Positions 9,844-20,093 of a stretch of DNA of 64,000 nucleotides are shown here, piece by piece (the first letter of the stretch is position 1; every line of letters starts with the position of its first letter). The notes under the pieces are model-generated. The model ran no database searches. It was not told where the DNA came from and saw nothing but the letters and a program-made list of their open reading frames with translations. Location: NCBI GenBank assembly GCA_001029775.1, contig CP011215.1, forward strand, positions 490,303 through 554,302. The letters run 5' to 3'. This stretch comes from Candidatus Campbellbacteria bacterium GW2011_OD1_34_28. GTDB lineage: Bacteria; Patescibacteriota; Minisyncoccia; Phycocordibacterales; UBA12079. A program made the translations under genes and the position numbers.

Positions 9844-10152
9844 ATGTCAGTAAGAATGAGACACACAAAGGGTCACACCCGTAATAGAAGATCACATCAT
9901 GCGCTAACAGCGCCTCGTATTTCTAGTTGCCCAGATTGTGGAGCTTCACATTTGAGACACAGAGTTTGTGAGACTTGTGGAAAATATAGAGGAAAGCAAG
10001 TTGTAGATGTTGTAGCAAAGATTGAAAAGAAAAATACTAGATTAAAAGACAAAGCTAGAAAAATGGGAATTGACCCAGGAGAAGCGAAAGAAAAAGAAGA
10101 AAAGAAAGAAAAGAAGGAAACTCCAAAAAAGAAAACAACTACTAAAAAATAA
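9844..10152 (+). CDS. rpmF: 50S ribosomal protein L32 with charged C-terminal extension
   Basis: RNRRSHH, CPDCG...[10 protein letters not shown] zinc ribbon. Confidence 0.93.
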   Translation: MSVRMRHTKGHTRNRRSHHALTAPRISSCPDCGASHLRHRVCETCGKYRGKQVVDVVAKIEKKNTRLKDKARKMGIDPGEAKEKEEKKEKKETPKKKTTTKK

Positions 10153-10280
10153 AATAAAATAAAAAACTGAGACATCCAATGTCTCAGTTTTTTATTTTGA
10201 CAAAGTTTTCCACTTCCGCTTTTAAAAATTTTGTGTTATTTTATAGAAAATAGTAAATAATCTAAATTTTAAATTTTGTC

Positions 10281-11201
10281 ATGTCAAACAGGCACCTTTC
10301 AAGAACAATAGTTTTACAATCGCTCTTCGAGTGGGATTTCTCTTCGAAAGATAATTCCGAAGTAGATTCAATTCTTGAATATAATACAAGAGAATTTTCA
10401 ACTGGAATGTGTGATTTTGAGTTTTCACAAAAGCTTATCAAGATTGTTGTTGAAAAAAAACCTGTGATTGATGACATTATTCAAAAAGCAGCTCCTCAAT
10501 GGCCGATAGAAAAAATATCGGTTGTAGATAGAAACATATTAAGAATCGGTCTTGCCGAATTGCTTTTTGCTGATAGAAAAGAAATCCCGCCAAAAGTAGC
10601 TATCAACGAAGCAATTGAATTGGCGAAAAATTTTGGCGGTGAAAATAGCGGCCGTTTTATAAGCGGTGTTTTGGGAACTATTTACAAAGAAATGGGCGAG
10701 CCCGATAAGGACCAATTTGGAAAAAAGAAAAAGAAAATAGAAGATATCCCCTATGACCAAATGTTGGTCGAGAAAAAATGTGGTGCTGTTGTTTACTCTA
10801 TAAAAAATGACGAAATCCATTTTGCCTTGGTTCATGACATTTTTGGACACTGGACTCTTTCAAAAGGAAGTGGTTTAGAAGGAGAAGATCCAGAAAAATG
10901 TACAGCGAGAGTCGTTAAAAAAGAAATGGGTGTTGATATAAGTGTAGAGGACAAATTGGGTGATAACGAATACATTGCTTATGACCCAGAAAAAGGAAAG
11001 ACAAGAAGACAGGTTCTTTATTATTTGGCAAAGACAGAATACGCACCACTTGTTTTGGAGGACGGAGAAGATGCTGGTGGTTTGGATCAAGTAAAATGGT
11101 TCAAGATGTCAGAGATACCAGATTTGAATTTTTATGATGATATTCTTCCTATTGTTACAAAAGCGATTGAAATTTTGAAGAACAAAAAAACTATCGCTTA
11201 A
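10281..11201 (+). CDS. nusB: NusB fused to a C-terminal NUDIX-like domain
   Basis: RHLSR, DRNILR, INEAIELAK; C-terminal WTLSKG...ARVVKKEMG degenerate Nudix box. Confidence 0.9.
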   Translation: MSNRHLSRTIVLQSLFEWDFSSKDNSEVDSILEYNTREFSTGMCDFEFSQKLIKIVVEKKPVIDDIIQKAAPQWPIEKISVVDRNILRIGLAELLFADRKEIPPKVAINEAIELAKNFGGENSGRFISGVLGTIYKEMGEPDKDQFGKKKKKIEDIPYDQMLVEKKCGAVVYSIKNDEIHFALVHDIFGHWTLSKGSGLEGEDPEKCTARVVKKEMGVDISVEDKLGDNEYIAYDPEKGKTRRQVLYYLAKTEYAPLVLEDGEDAGGLDQVKWFKMSEIPDLNFYDDILPIVTKAIEILKNKKTIA

Positions 11202-11278
11202 TTTAAAAAATGCTTTGCTAATTTATTTGAAAAAATGTAAGCTATTGGTGGCTGTAGCTATTAGCTTGTAATAAATAT

Positions 11279-11971
11279 ATGGATTTTTCAAAATTTGAGA
11301 AAAAAATAGAGGTTGAGTTTAAAGATAAAGATTTGCTTAAAAAAGCTTTTACTCATCGTTCTTATATAAATGAACATGGTGGTTCTTACTGGGATCACAA
11401 TGAAAGATTGGAGTATCTAGGAGATGCTGTTTTGGAATTGGTTGTTTCTAGACATCTATATGACAAATTTCCAGAAGAAAAAGAGGGGATACTTACTTCA
11501 TATCGTTCGGCTTTGGTTAATACAGTAACTATTTCTGATTCAGCTAGAAATTTGGACATGAATAGTTATCTTTTGTTATCAAAAGGAGAATCAAAAGATA
11601 CAGGTAGAGCCAGAAATTCTATTTTAGCGAATGCTTTTGAAGCTTTGATCGGAGCAATTTATTTAGACCAAGGATACGACACAGCTGAGCAGTTTATTGC
11701 GAATAATTTATTCCATCTAACAGATAATGTTATAAAAAATAGATCTTGGCAGGATTCAAAAAGTTTTTTCCAAGAAAAAGCACAAGATATTGTAAAAATT
11801 ACACCGTCTTATCAAGTGCTTGATGAGACAGGACCTGATCACGATAGAAAATTTAAGGTAGGTGCTTTTTTGGGTGAGGATAAGGCTGGGGAAGGTGTTG
11901 GAGCTTCTAAACAAATTGCCGAACAGGAAGCAGCAAAAGATGCTCTTAAAAATAAAGGTTGGGATAATTAA
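11279..11971 (+). CDS. rnc: ribonuclease III
   Basis: NERLEYLGDAVL signature and C-terminal dsRBD. Confidence 0.97.
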   Translation: MDFSKFEKKIEVEFKDKDLLKKAFTHRSYINEHGGSYWDHNERLEYLGDAVLELVVSRHLYDKFPEEKEGILTSYRSALVNTVTISDSARNLDMNSYLLLSKGESKDTGRARNSILANAFEALIGAIYLDQGYDTAEQFIANNLFHLTDNVIKNRSWQDSKSFFQEKAQDIVKITPSYQVLDETGPDHDRKFKVGAFLGEDKAGEGVGASKQIAEQEAAKDALKNKGWDN

Positions 11972-12001
11972 TCCAAATTTACTAAACTCTAAGCACTAAA
12001 C

Positions 12002-12021
12002 CCTGCCTGCCGGCAGGCAGG
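12002..12021. repeat. CCTGCCTGCCGGCAGGCAGG palindrome
   Basis: perfect 20-bp palindrome sharing its ends with the 44-bp repeat. Confidence 0.85.
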
Positions 12022-12247
12022 TTTAAATTCTAAACAAGTCCAAATAATCAAAATTCAAAATACAAAGAATTGTTCACTGACCGTTTTTTGTATTTGTATC
12101 GCATTAGTATTATTCGTATCATTCGTATATTGGTATGTCTATCTACAAGATTTGATTATTTTTTTATATTGATGTAAAGTTAAATTCCAGAGAAGTTCTC
12201 AAACATTTTTTATTTTTTTTTATCCAACTTTTCGCAAGGAGGCGATT

Positions 12248-12709
12248 ATGGAACAGACAAGTATTGTTGGAAGTGAAAACGGCCTCCGGCACAAGGTTTC
12301 AGTCCCCAATACTTTGGGGTTGAACGGACGGCTTGTAGAGGCGTTAGATCTCGGATTGAGGGGTCGGGATGAGACCATAGATTCAATTCAAAAATTCGGC
12401 GAAGAGATGGCCGATGTTGCTCGTCTTCGGGCGAGGTTGCCTTTGGTTATTGCTTTGGCAATCGTTGAACAGGTTCGTTACCCTGTTGTTTACAAAATTT
12501 CAATGGAAGACCCGTCTTTTCGGGAACTATTTCATCTGGATCATTTTGTGACAGATAAGCCCGGTGGTTTATTTGGGAAAACCCTTGAGATTTTCAATCT
12601 TATCAAAGGAGAGTCCATCAAGGGATATTCTTTGCCTGTGTGTCTCGTCTGTGGAGGAGGTTCTCCTTATATCAGTGTGGATATTGCTGGCATTTTGAAT
12701 ATTGGATAA
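12248..12709 (+). CDS. orphan hypothetical protein
   Basis: TTGATT-17-TAAAGT promoter, AAGGAGG SD, terminator CCCGTCGC..GCGACGGG at ~12721-12741. Confidence 0.75.
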   Translation: MEQTSIVGSENGLRHKVSVPNTLGLNGRLVEALDLGLRGRDETIDSIQKFGEEMADVARLRARLPLVIALAIVEQVRYPVVYKISMEDPSFRELFHLDHFVTDKPGGLFGKTLEIFNLIKGESIKGYSLPVCLVCGGGSPYISVDIAGILNIG

Positions 12710-12836
12710 AAAAACAAAAACCCGTCGCATCGAGCGACGGGTTTTAAAATTTCTTAAACATTATAATCCTAATACCTCAAATTATATCCGAATACTACGA
12801 ATCTTCTCCATCAAGACTTCTAATCACAAAATGTCG

Positions 12837-12925
12837 TGGATTGCTTCGCTTCGCTCGCAAAGACGAATTTCCTTCGGAAATTCGTCAGTGTTGGTTCGTC
12901 TTTGCGAGCGAAGCGAAGCAATCCA
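12837..12925. repeat. REP-like palindromic element (31-bp perfect inverted repeat)
   Basis: TGGATTGCTTCGCTTCGCTCGCAAAGACGAA / TTCGTCTTTGCGAGCGAAGCGAAGCAATCCA; degenerate copy at 45625-45673. Confidence 0.85.
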
Positions 12926-13007
12926 GAATCGTATTTCGTAATTTAAAATTTAAGAATTAATTAAAATTTTTATTTGTAGAATTCAGATTATATTTATTTT
13001 CTGCTTA

Positions 13008-13886
13008 CTACAAACTACTCACTAAACAAATTTCTCCACCCACTTCCTTAATCACACCTTTTATCTCTAATAAAGAAATAACAGAGTTCAATTCTGAAAT
13101 CGGTATCAAAGATTTTTGTGCTATCTCGTCTCGTGAAAGCGGTTCGTTTAATAAAAGTAAAATCTCTTTTTCTTCCTCGGAAAAATTTTCTAGCAATAAT
13201 ATTTTTTGCCCACTTTCTTTTTCAGAAGAGATTCCGAGTATTTCCAAAAGATCATCAGTGCATGTAATAGGGACAGCTCCTTGTCTTAACAATTTGTTTG
13301 ATCCTTTTGCCCCATCTATAAAAATTGAGGCAGGAACAACAGCAATTTCTTTATTATAATCAAGACCCATTCGGGCGGTTATCAATGTCCCCGATTTTTC
13401 TCCAGCTTCTATAACTAAAATAACATCGGATAAACCAGCCATAATTCTATTTCTCTGAGGAAAGCTCCACTGTGTTGCTTTGAAATTGTTTTCAAATTCT
13501 GACAACAAACATCCTCCCGAATTTACAATTTCTTCTGCCAAACTTTTGTTGATAGATGGATAGATGACAGAATTGTCCAGTCCAGAACCAGGTACTGCAA
13601 TAGTTTTTAAATTATTTTTCAATGCACTTCTGTGTGCGATGGAATCAATTCCAACCGCCAATCCGGATATTATTGTTATGTTGTGTCCCTTTAGCCCAGA
13701 AATTATTTTTTCGCAAACTTCTTTTCCGTATGATGTGTATTTTCGTGAGCCTATTACGGTTACAAATTTTGTATCATCCCAATTTGGTATTTCACCTTTT
13801 ACAAAAATTTGTTTTGGAGGCTGGGGAATTTCAAGAAGCTTTTCAGGGAAATATTCTTTTGATAGTTTTTTTATTTCATAATCCAT
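13008..13886 (-). CDS. dprA: DNA-processing protein DprA
   Basis: IGSRKYT, SGLAVGID, FPQRNRIMAG, SGTLITA. Confidence 0.95.
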   Translation of the reverse strand: MDYEIKKLSKEYFPEKLLEIPQPPKQIFVKGEIPNWDDTKFVTVIGSRKYTSYGKEVCEKIISGLKGHNITIISGLAVGIDSIAHRSALKNNLKTIAVPGSGLDNSVIYPSINKSLAEEIVNSGGCLLSEFENNFKATQWSFPQRNRIMAGLSDVILVIEAGEKSGTLITARMGLDYNKEIAVVPASIFIDGAKGSNKLLRQGAVPITCTDDLLEILGISSEKESGQKILLLENFSEEEKEILLLLNEPLSRDEIAQKSLIPISELNSVISLLEIKGVIKEVGGEICLVSSL

Positions 13887-14113
13887 AAAATGATTATAAC
13901 AAGACAAAAACATTCAGACACCCTGATAGATGCCGGAATGTTGATAATGCTTTTTTTCTTATCTTTTTTCTGCTACGATATTATCAATGTTATTAAATGG
14001 TTTAATTGAAAAAAAGTCTACTTCAAACAGCCCAGCTGTAGCGTAGGGTTGGTTGAATATATGGCTGGGCGGAAAATACTAAGGACTAATTACTAAAAAC
14101 TAAAAACTAAACT

Positions 14114-15379
14114 ATGTTAGATATAAAATTCATAAGAGAAAATAAAGATTTAATTGATATGGCTGCTAAGAAAAAGCATATCAATTTTGATGTGGAAAAA
14201 CTTATTTTGGCGGATGATAAAAGAAGAGACATTGTTGGGAAAATAGACGCTCTTCGAGCAGAACAAAATATTTTAAGCGACAAGATACCTTTGATTACCG
14301 ATAGTGCAGAAAGAAACACTGTTGTTGAACAATCAAAAGAAATAAAAGCAAAATTACAGGCACTAGAAGACAGTTCAAAAGAAATCATAAAAGAGTGGAA
14401 ACTTTTGATGTTACAAGTTCCAAATATTCCCGATATGTCTGTTCCTGACGGAGACAGTGATGCTGACAATCAAGAAATAAAAGCATGGGGCGAAAAAACA
14501 AAATTTGATTTTGAGCCAAAGTCACATGTGGATATTATGCAAAATCTTGATATGGTAGATTTTGAAAGAGGAGCAAAGGTGCACGGGTTTCGAGGGTATT
14601 ATTTGAAAAACGACGGGGCAAGATTGTCTTGGGCAATTTGGAATTATGCCAATGAATTTTTTGGAGCAAAAGGCTTTATTCCAATACTTCCTCCTGCAAT
14701 TGTAAAAAAAGAAAATCTTTATGGAACAGGACACCTGCCAAATGATGCGGAAGATGTTTACAATACCCAAGACGAAGATTATTTGATTGGAACAGCAGAA
14801 GTACCTGTTACTGGATATCACTCGGGAGAAGTTTTGTCACAAGCAGAATTACCTAAAAAATATTTGGGATTTTCTCCTTGTTTCAGAAGGGAAGCAGGGT
14901 CTTATGGAAAAGATACAAAAGGACTTATTCGTGTTCACGAATTTTATAAGGTGGAACAGGTGATTTTATGTGAGGCTAGTCATCAAGAATCTGTAAAATG
15001 GCACGAATGGATAAATAGAAATACAGAAGAATTTATTGAATCTTTGGGGATTCCTTATCATACAGTAATAAACTGCGGAGGTGATTTGGGACAAGGTCAG
15101 GTAAAAAAATATGATATTGAATTGTGGGTGCCAATGGAAGAAAAGTACAGAGAGATTTCTTCGGCCTCATATTTCCACGATTTTCAAGCCAGGAGATTTA
15201 ATATTAGATACAAAAATAATGAGGGCAAAGTGGAATATATTCACACCTTAAATTCTACAGCGATTCCGACACCCCGAATTTTGGTTTCTTTGGTTGAAAA
15301 TTTTCAACAGGCAGATGGATCAATTAAGATTCCTGAACCTTTGAGAAAGTACATGAACAAAGATACAATCAGTTTATAA
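14114..15379 (+). CDS. serS: serine--tRNA ligase
   Basis: MLDIKFIRE, GTAEVP, FRREAGSYGKD, EISSAS. Confidence 0.97.
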   Translation: MLDIKFIRENKDLIDMAAKKKHINFDVEKLILADDKRRDIVGKIDALRAEQNILSDKIPLITDSAERNTVVEQSKEIKAKLQALEDSSKEIIKEWKLLMLQVPNIPDMSVPDGDSDADNQEIKAWGEKTKFDFEPKSHVDIMQNLDMVDFERGAKVHGFRGYYLKNDGARLSWAIWNYANEFFGAKGFIPILPPAIVKKENLYGTGHLPNDAEDVYNTQDEDYLIGTAEVPVTGYHSGEVLSQAELPKKYLGFSPCFRREAGSYGKDTKGLIRVHEFYKVEQVILCEASHQESVKWHEWINRNTEEFIESLGIPYHTVINCGGDLGQGQVKKYDIELWVPMEEKYREISSASYFHDFQARRFNIRYKNNEGKVEYIHTLNSTAIPTPRILVSLVENFQQADGSIKIPEPLRKYMNKDTISL

Positions 15380-15433
15380 AATAAAAACAACTCTTAAATT
15401 TTTATAAAAATTTAAGAGTTGTTTTTATTTTAT
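15376..15433. terminator. 58-bp perfect loopless palindrome at serS stop (terminator-like)
   Basis: 29-nt arms exactly complementary. Confidence 0.8.
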
Positions 15434-15500
15434 CGCTATCAACCACTCATTATCAATTATTTACTTGCTACCAGTTACTTGCTACTTTATACTATTTCCA

Positions 15501-16283
15501 ATGGCCAAGTACACATCATCACAATTTACACAAAGAAAGAGAAAAGATTTTTTGATAAAAACAGGCTTGCTTCTCGTTTTTGTTGTTGTGGTTTTTCTTT
15601 GTATCTCAGAAATTTTCAAATTTAATTTTGCAAACATAAAAGAGGTAAATATTAGTGGAAATAAAATTGTAAAAACTTCGGATATTCAAAATATTGTTCT
15701 AGAAAACTTGGAGGGGAATTACTTTTGGAAATTTTTTCCTAAAAGAAATATTTTAATTTACCCACGAGAAAATTTAACTGCAGAATTGTTTGAAAAAAAA
15801 CCAAGAATTAAAGAAATTGATTTAAAATTGAAAGATTTTAATAATTTGATTGTGAAAATAAAAGAGAGAGATCCTTTTGCTTTTTGGTGTCAGGAAAATG
15901 AATTGATTGATGAATGTTTTGTAGTAGACAGTGAGGGTTTGATTTTTGACAAAGAAAGAGGAGAGGACTTGTTCAAATACTATGTAGACTTGAACGATAA
16001 AAAAATAATTGGTAAAAGCGTTTTTGAATTTGAAAAATTTAAAGAAATTGATTCAATAATTAAGTTTGTTACCAATTTAAAATTGGAACCATATAAGTTG
16101 GTTCAAAAAGAAAACAAGCTTGAAATACATATATTAGATGGAAGCAAAATTATTTTTAACAAAGATCAGTCTGCCCAAGAAGTTATTACAAATTTGCAGT
16201 CTGTTATGAATATGAAAGATTTTGATATAACAAAAATCGGGTATGTAGATTTTTCTTTTGGGAATAAAGTTTTTTACAAATAA
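15501..16283 (+). CDS. FtsQ/DivIB-like cell division protein
   Basis: basic N-terminus, single TM, POTRA-like IKEVNISGN, IKERDP, YVDFSFGNKV. Confidence 0.7.
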   Translation: MAKYTSSQFTQRKRKDFLIKTGLLLVFVVVVFLCISEIFKFNFANIKEVNISGNKIVKTSDIQNIVLENLEGNYFWKFFPKRNILIYPRENLTAELFEKKPRIKEIDLKLKDFNNLIVKIKERDPFAFWCQENELIDECFVVDSEGLIFDKERGEDLFKYYVDLNDKKIIGKSVFEFEKFKEIDSIIKFVTNLKLEPYKLVQKENKLEIHILDGSKIIFNKDQSAQEVITNLQSVMNMKDFDITKIGYVDFSFGNKVFYK

Positions 16284-16421
16284 AAATATAAACATACCAA
16301 TATACAAATGATACTAATAATACAAATGCGATACGAATAATATGGCAAAGAATTTCTGGAATAAAATTAAAAAAGCGTTCAATTCTGATTTTTAAAATCA
16401 AAATTGAACGCTTTTTATTAT

Positions 16422-16757
16422 TTATAAATGACAGTCGTCATCCATATATTCTTTAAATGTTTTTACAAATCTAAAGCCCATTTTTTCTAAATTAGAATCA
16501 AATTTTGTCGTGCAAAAATACATGGCCCTTGTTTTTTTGTGCCCGTTGATATCGAAAAGCCAACCCCATGCTACCATTTTATTGCTTTCATGCATTTTAA
16601 AATTTTTATCATCTACGCCACGTCCTATTCCTGCTACGCGAAATATACAATCATCATTTGTGACGATATCGTCAGGCTTAAAACCACAAATTTTTTTGCA
16701 TTTCTCTGGGTCAGTATCGACATCAATAAGCTGTCTCTGAAAGGTTGTTATTTTCAA
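16422..16757 (-). CDS. orphan hypothetical protein
   Basis: 111-aa ORF, TTG start after AGAGG, hairpin at 16370-16416. Confidence 0.6.
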   Translation of the reverse strand: MKITTFQRQLIDVDTDPEKCKKICGFKPDDIVTNDDCIFRVAGIGRGVDDKNFKMHESNKMVAWGWLFDINGHKKTRAMYFCTTKFDSNLEKMGFRFVKTFKEYMDDDCHL

Positions 16758-16833
16758 GGTATACCTCTTTCTGATTTTTATTTGAAAACTGTATCTAAAA
16801 GTGATAGTATCAAAAAACTATAATCAATACAAT

Positions 16834-17832
16834 ATGTCAAAGAATTTTTGGAATAAAATTAAAAAAAGACCATTTTTTGTTTTGGCTCCGATGGCCGATG
16901 TTACAGATGTTTCTTTTAGACAAGTCGTGGCCAAATATGGAAAGCCAGATGTTTTCTGGACAGAATTTGTCGCTTGTGACGGTCTTTGTTCTGTGGGGCA
17001 AGAAAAGTTGGTAAAAAATTTGTTGCAATTTAGCGAAAAAGAGCGACCGATAGTGGCACAACTTTTTGGTTCCAATCCAGAAAATTTTGAAAAGTCTGCG
17101 AGACTTATAAAAAAACTTGGATTTGATGGAATTGATATCAATATGGGTTGCCCACAAAAAAATATTTTGAAACAAGGTGCTGGTGCAGAACTGATAAAAA
17201 GTACAAAGCTCGCAAAAGAAATAATAAGAGCGACAAAAAAAGGAGCGGGCGGTTTGCCTGTTTCTGTAAAAACTAGAATTGGATATAACAAAAATGAAAT
17301 AGAAACTTGGATACCAGCTATTTTAGAAGAAGAACCTGTGGTGCTAACAATACACGGACGAACAAAAAAAGAGATGTCAAAAGTTTCTGCTCATTGGGAT
17401 ATTATAAGAGATGTCGTTGATATAAGAGACAGGATGAAAAGCAAAACTTTGGTGATAGGAAACGGAGATATTTTTTCTTTTAAAGATGGTCTAGAAAAAG
17501 CAAAGATGAGTGGTGTAGATGGAATAATGGTGGGCCGAGGCATTTTTGGTAACCCTTGGTTTTTTTCTGGAAAAAATCCAACAATAAAAGAAAAAATGAA
17601 AGTAGCTTTGGAACACACAAAATTGTTTGAAAAAATATTTGGTGAAACGAGAGAAAATAAAAAGATATTTGGCGGTCGCGCAAGAAATTTTGCTTTGATG
17701 AAAAAACATTACAAAGCCTATATAAATGGTTTTGATGGAGCGAAAGAATTGCGAATAAAATTGATGGATGCTGATTCTTTAAAAGAAGTAGGGGATATAA
17801 TTGTTCAAAAAATAAAAACTCTTGAAAAATAA
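16834..17832 (+). CDS. tRNA-dihydrouridine synthase (Dus family)
   Basis: LAPMADVTD, DINMGCP, HGRT, NGDI, GIMVGRG. Confidence 0.93.
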   Translation: MSKNFWNKIKKRPFFVLAPMADVTDVSFRQVVAKYGKPDVFWTEFVACDGLCSVGQEKLVKNLLQFSEKERPIVAQLFGSNPENFEKSARLIKKLGFDGIDINMGCPQKNILKQGAGAELIKSTKLAKEIIRATKKGAGGLPVSVKTRIGYNKNEIETWIPAILEEEPVVLTIHGRTKKEMSKVSAHWDIIRDVVDIRDRMKSKTLVIGNGDIFSFKDGLEKAKMSGVDGIMVGRGIFGNPWFFSGKNPTIKEKMKVALEHTKLFEKIFGETRENKKIFGGRARNFALMKKHYKAYINGFDGAKELRIKLMDADSLKEVGDIIVQKIKTLEK

Positions 17833-17891
17833 TTCTGTTGCTGATATATTGTTTTGAGGAATTTTAGTTAAATTTTGAAAAAGGTGGTGTT

Positions 17892-18083
17892 ATGACGAAT
17901 GAAATAATTTTGGAAAAGGATCACCCCGCAGGAACCCGTCTGGTTGTAGGAGGTTTTTCTCTTGTTTTGGGGTGTATGGGCGCGGACATTCATCTGAAAG
18001 CAAAAAAGCAGATTGAAGCTACTCCCGAAGGTACTCCTAATCGTGAAGAAGCACTTCGTCTCATCAATCGTTATTGCAACTAA
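17892..18083 (+). CDS. small orphan protein
   Basis: AAGGTGG SD, terminator at 18090-18121. Confidence 0.6.
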   Translation: MTNEIILEKDHPAGTRLVVGGFSLVLGCMGADIHLKAKKQIEATPEGTPNREEALRLINRYCN

Positions 18084-18174
18084 TATCAATAGGGCAAGGA
18101 AACCGGAGGTTTTCTTGCCCTATATTTATTTTGAGAGTATTATTCTTTCAGATTAAAAATTAATTTATTTTTTT

Positions 18175-18465
18175 ATGGTGAAAACAATTTCAAGAGAAGA
18201 ATTTAAACAAAGATTGGATTTGGGAGAATACATTTTAATTGATGTCAGAACTGAAGCAGAAAATTTGCTTGCGAATATTCCCGAGTCATTAATACTAGAT
18301 ATTAGCCAGCCTGATTTTGCTCAGAAAATTTTATCACTAGATAAAGATAAGAAATATTTGATATATTGTGCAAGCGGGAATAGATCATCTTATGCACTTT
18401 CATTTATGGAACAATCAGGTTTTAAAGAAGTATATGAATTGGAGGGTGGAATAATGAATTGGTAA
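18175..18465 (+). CDS. rhodanese-like domain protein
   Basis: LIDVRT, YCASGNRS, LEGGIMNW. Confidence 0.92.
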   Translation: MVKTISREEFKQRLDLGEYILIDVRTEAENLLANIPESLILDISQPDFAQKILSLDKDKKYLIYCASGNRSSYALSFMEQSGFKEVYELEGGIMNW

Positions 18466-18587
18466 TAATTGCTTGGGGGCTCGACCTCCAAGTTTTTATT
18501 TTTTTATATAAATTTGAATTTTAGAAATAATCTGATATTATCGGTATCAGAAATGTTTTTATAAATTTTTTCTGTGGGAGAAACATT

Positions 18588-18770
18588 ATGGGTGCTGGTG
18601 AAAATTGTGGTTTTACTCCGATGGACGAAGGGAGTGAAGATGAATCGCCACGTAAAAAACCGTTAGGAATTCCGTTAACGCCGGATATAAAGCGTTTTAG
18701 AGAAGAAATAATAGAACCATGGAAAAAAGCCGGCAGAGATGCCGGTGAAGAAGGGAAATATCCCTGTTAA
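18588..18770 (+). CDS. small orphan protein
   Basis: GGGAG SD, downstream hairpin. Confidence 0.55.
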   Translation: MGAGENCGFTPMDEGSEDESPRKKPLGIPLTPDIKRFREEIIEPWKKAGRDAGEEGKYPC

Positions 18771-18875
18771 TTTTTTAAAGCTCTGTCTTACGACAGGGCT
18801 TTACTGTTTTTAATAAATATTGTATTGTTTTATCTAGAAAATATATCTTTTAAACCAAGTATATAAGAGGGAAAT

Positions 18876-19247
18876 ATGAAGAGTTTATTTTTGGGAATAT
18901 TTTTTGCTTTGTTTATATCGGGGTGTTCAGAAAGAGTAATTTCTGGCCACGGATATTCTAGGACAGTTTTTCAATGTCGTCTTTATGATGGAACAATTAT
19001 TTATGTTGATAATCTTGAAGAGTGCAAGCAAGATAACAAAATAACAGAGGAAGTGATCGCAGGAGAACCATTGTCGATTCATGAAAGTCACGAAGAATCT
19101 CTTTCAAAAGAAGTAGAAGATATAAAAGAACAATATCAAACAGAGGGATGTAATAGTTTCAGAAATTCTGACCCCAAAGGGTGGTGTCGCAGTAGTTGTC
19201 GCAAGGCATACAGCGACACCGGTTTCTGTATGTTATTTGACCCTTAA
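18876..19247 (+). CDS. putative Cys-rich lipoprotein
   Basis: lipobox-like FISGC; six further Cys; GAGGGG SD; terminator AAAAGGCCGA..TCGGCCTTTT. Confidence 0.7.
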   Translation: MKSLFLGIFFALFISGCSERVISGHGYSRTVFQCRLYDGTIIYVDNLEECKQDNKITEEVIAGEPLSIHESHEESLSKEVEDIKEQYQTEGCNSFRNSDPKGWCRSSCRKAYSDTGFCMLFDP

Positions 19248-19326
19248 AAAAAGGCCGAGCAATCGGCCTTTTACTTATTCACCTTATTCCTTTTGTGTTT
19301 ATATTTAATATCTTATAATTATAAAT

Positions 19327-19641
19327 ATGAAAAATTTTATAAAAATATTATCTTTGGGAGTATTTATGTTTCCGGCAATGGCCCTTGCCGCAGCTCCTAC
19401 AAGTTTACAAGATTTAATAGGAAGATTTCAGGAAATTATCAATATGCTGGTTCCTTTGGCAATGGGATTGGCGGTCTTGGCTTTTATATGGGGCCTTGTC
19501 GTTTATATTTATAACGGAAGTAACCCCGCAAAGAGGAGTGAGGGGTATATGTTTATGGTGTATGGAATCATCGCTTTGTTTGTAATGACAACGATGTGGG
19601 GATTGGTAGCAATTCTTAATGGTACAATTTTAGGTGCATAA
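19327..19641 (+). CDS. VirB2/TrbC-like pilin 1
   Basis: signal peptide (AMALAA), two TM helices, FIWG...MVYGIIALFVM motif. Confidence 0.75.
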   Translation: MKNFIKILSLGVFMFPAMALAAAPTSLQDLIGRFQEIINMLVPLAMGLAVLAFIWGLVVYIYNGSNPAKRSEGYMFMVYGIIALFVMTTMWGLVAILNGTILGA

Positions 19642-19655
19642 TCGGGTGTAAAACA

Positions 19656-19664
19656 TTATCCACA
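19656..19664 (+). promoter_or_regulatory. DnaA-box consensus
   Basis: TTATCCACA in the intergenic region before pilin 2. Confidence 0.4.
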
Positions 19665-19743
19665 CTTGCCTATCGTTTAGAATTGTTTAGTTTGGTATTA
19701 TTAAGGTAAATTTATAAATTAATATTAATAAATAGTAAAAATT

Positions 19744-20088
19744 ATGAAAAAGTTTTTAGTTATGGGTGGTGTGTCATTGTTGATGCCAGCAGTTGTATTA
19801 GCTGCGGATCTTACAACAATTTTGACAAAGGTTCAACAAATTATTGGTTTGATTGTTCCTATCGTTATTTCTCTTGCTGTTATACTTTTCCTTTGGGGAC
19901 TTATTGGTTTCATCACAAAAGCAGGAGCAGACCAAAAAGCAGCTAGAGAACAAATGATCTGGGGGATCATCATTTTGTTCGTGATGGTGTCTATCTGGGG
20001 ATTGGTGGCTTTGATCCAAAATACATTTGGAATAAGAGGTACAGAAGGAACTGTAACAAATCCGTTGGATAAAATTGAGAACTTCTAA
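19744..20088 (+). CDS. VirB2/TrbC-like pilin 2
   Basis: FLWG...MIWGIIILFVMVSIWG. Confidence 0.75.
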   Translation: MKKFLVMGGVSLLMPAVVLAADLTTILTKVQQIIGLIVPIVISLAVILFLWGLIGFITKAGADQKAAREQMIWGIIILFVMVSIWGLVALIQNTFGIRGTEGTVTNPLDKIENF

Positions 20089-20093
20089 TTTTT

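Noticed and set aside
14025-14075. T-box leader upstream of serS
   Set aside because: Only a GCCCAGC/GCTGGGC hairpin is present; no T-box consensus or terminator/antiterminator was found.
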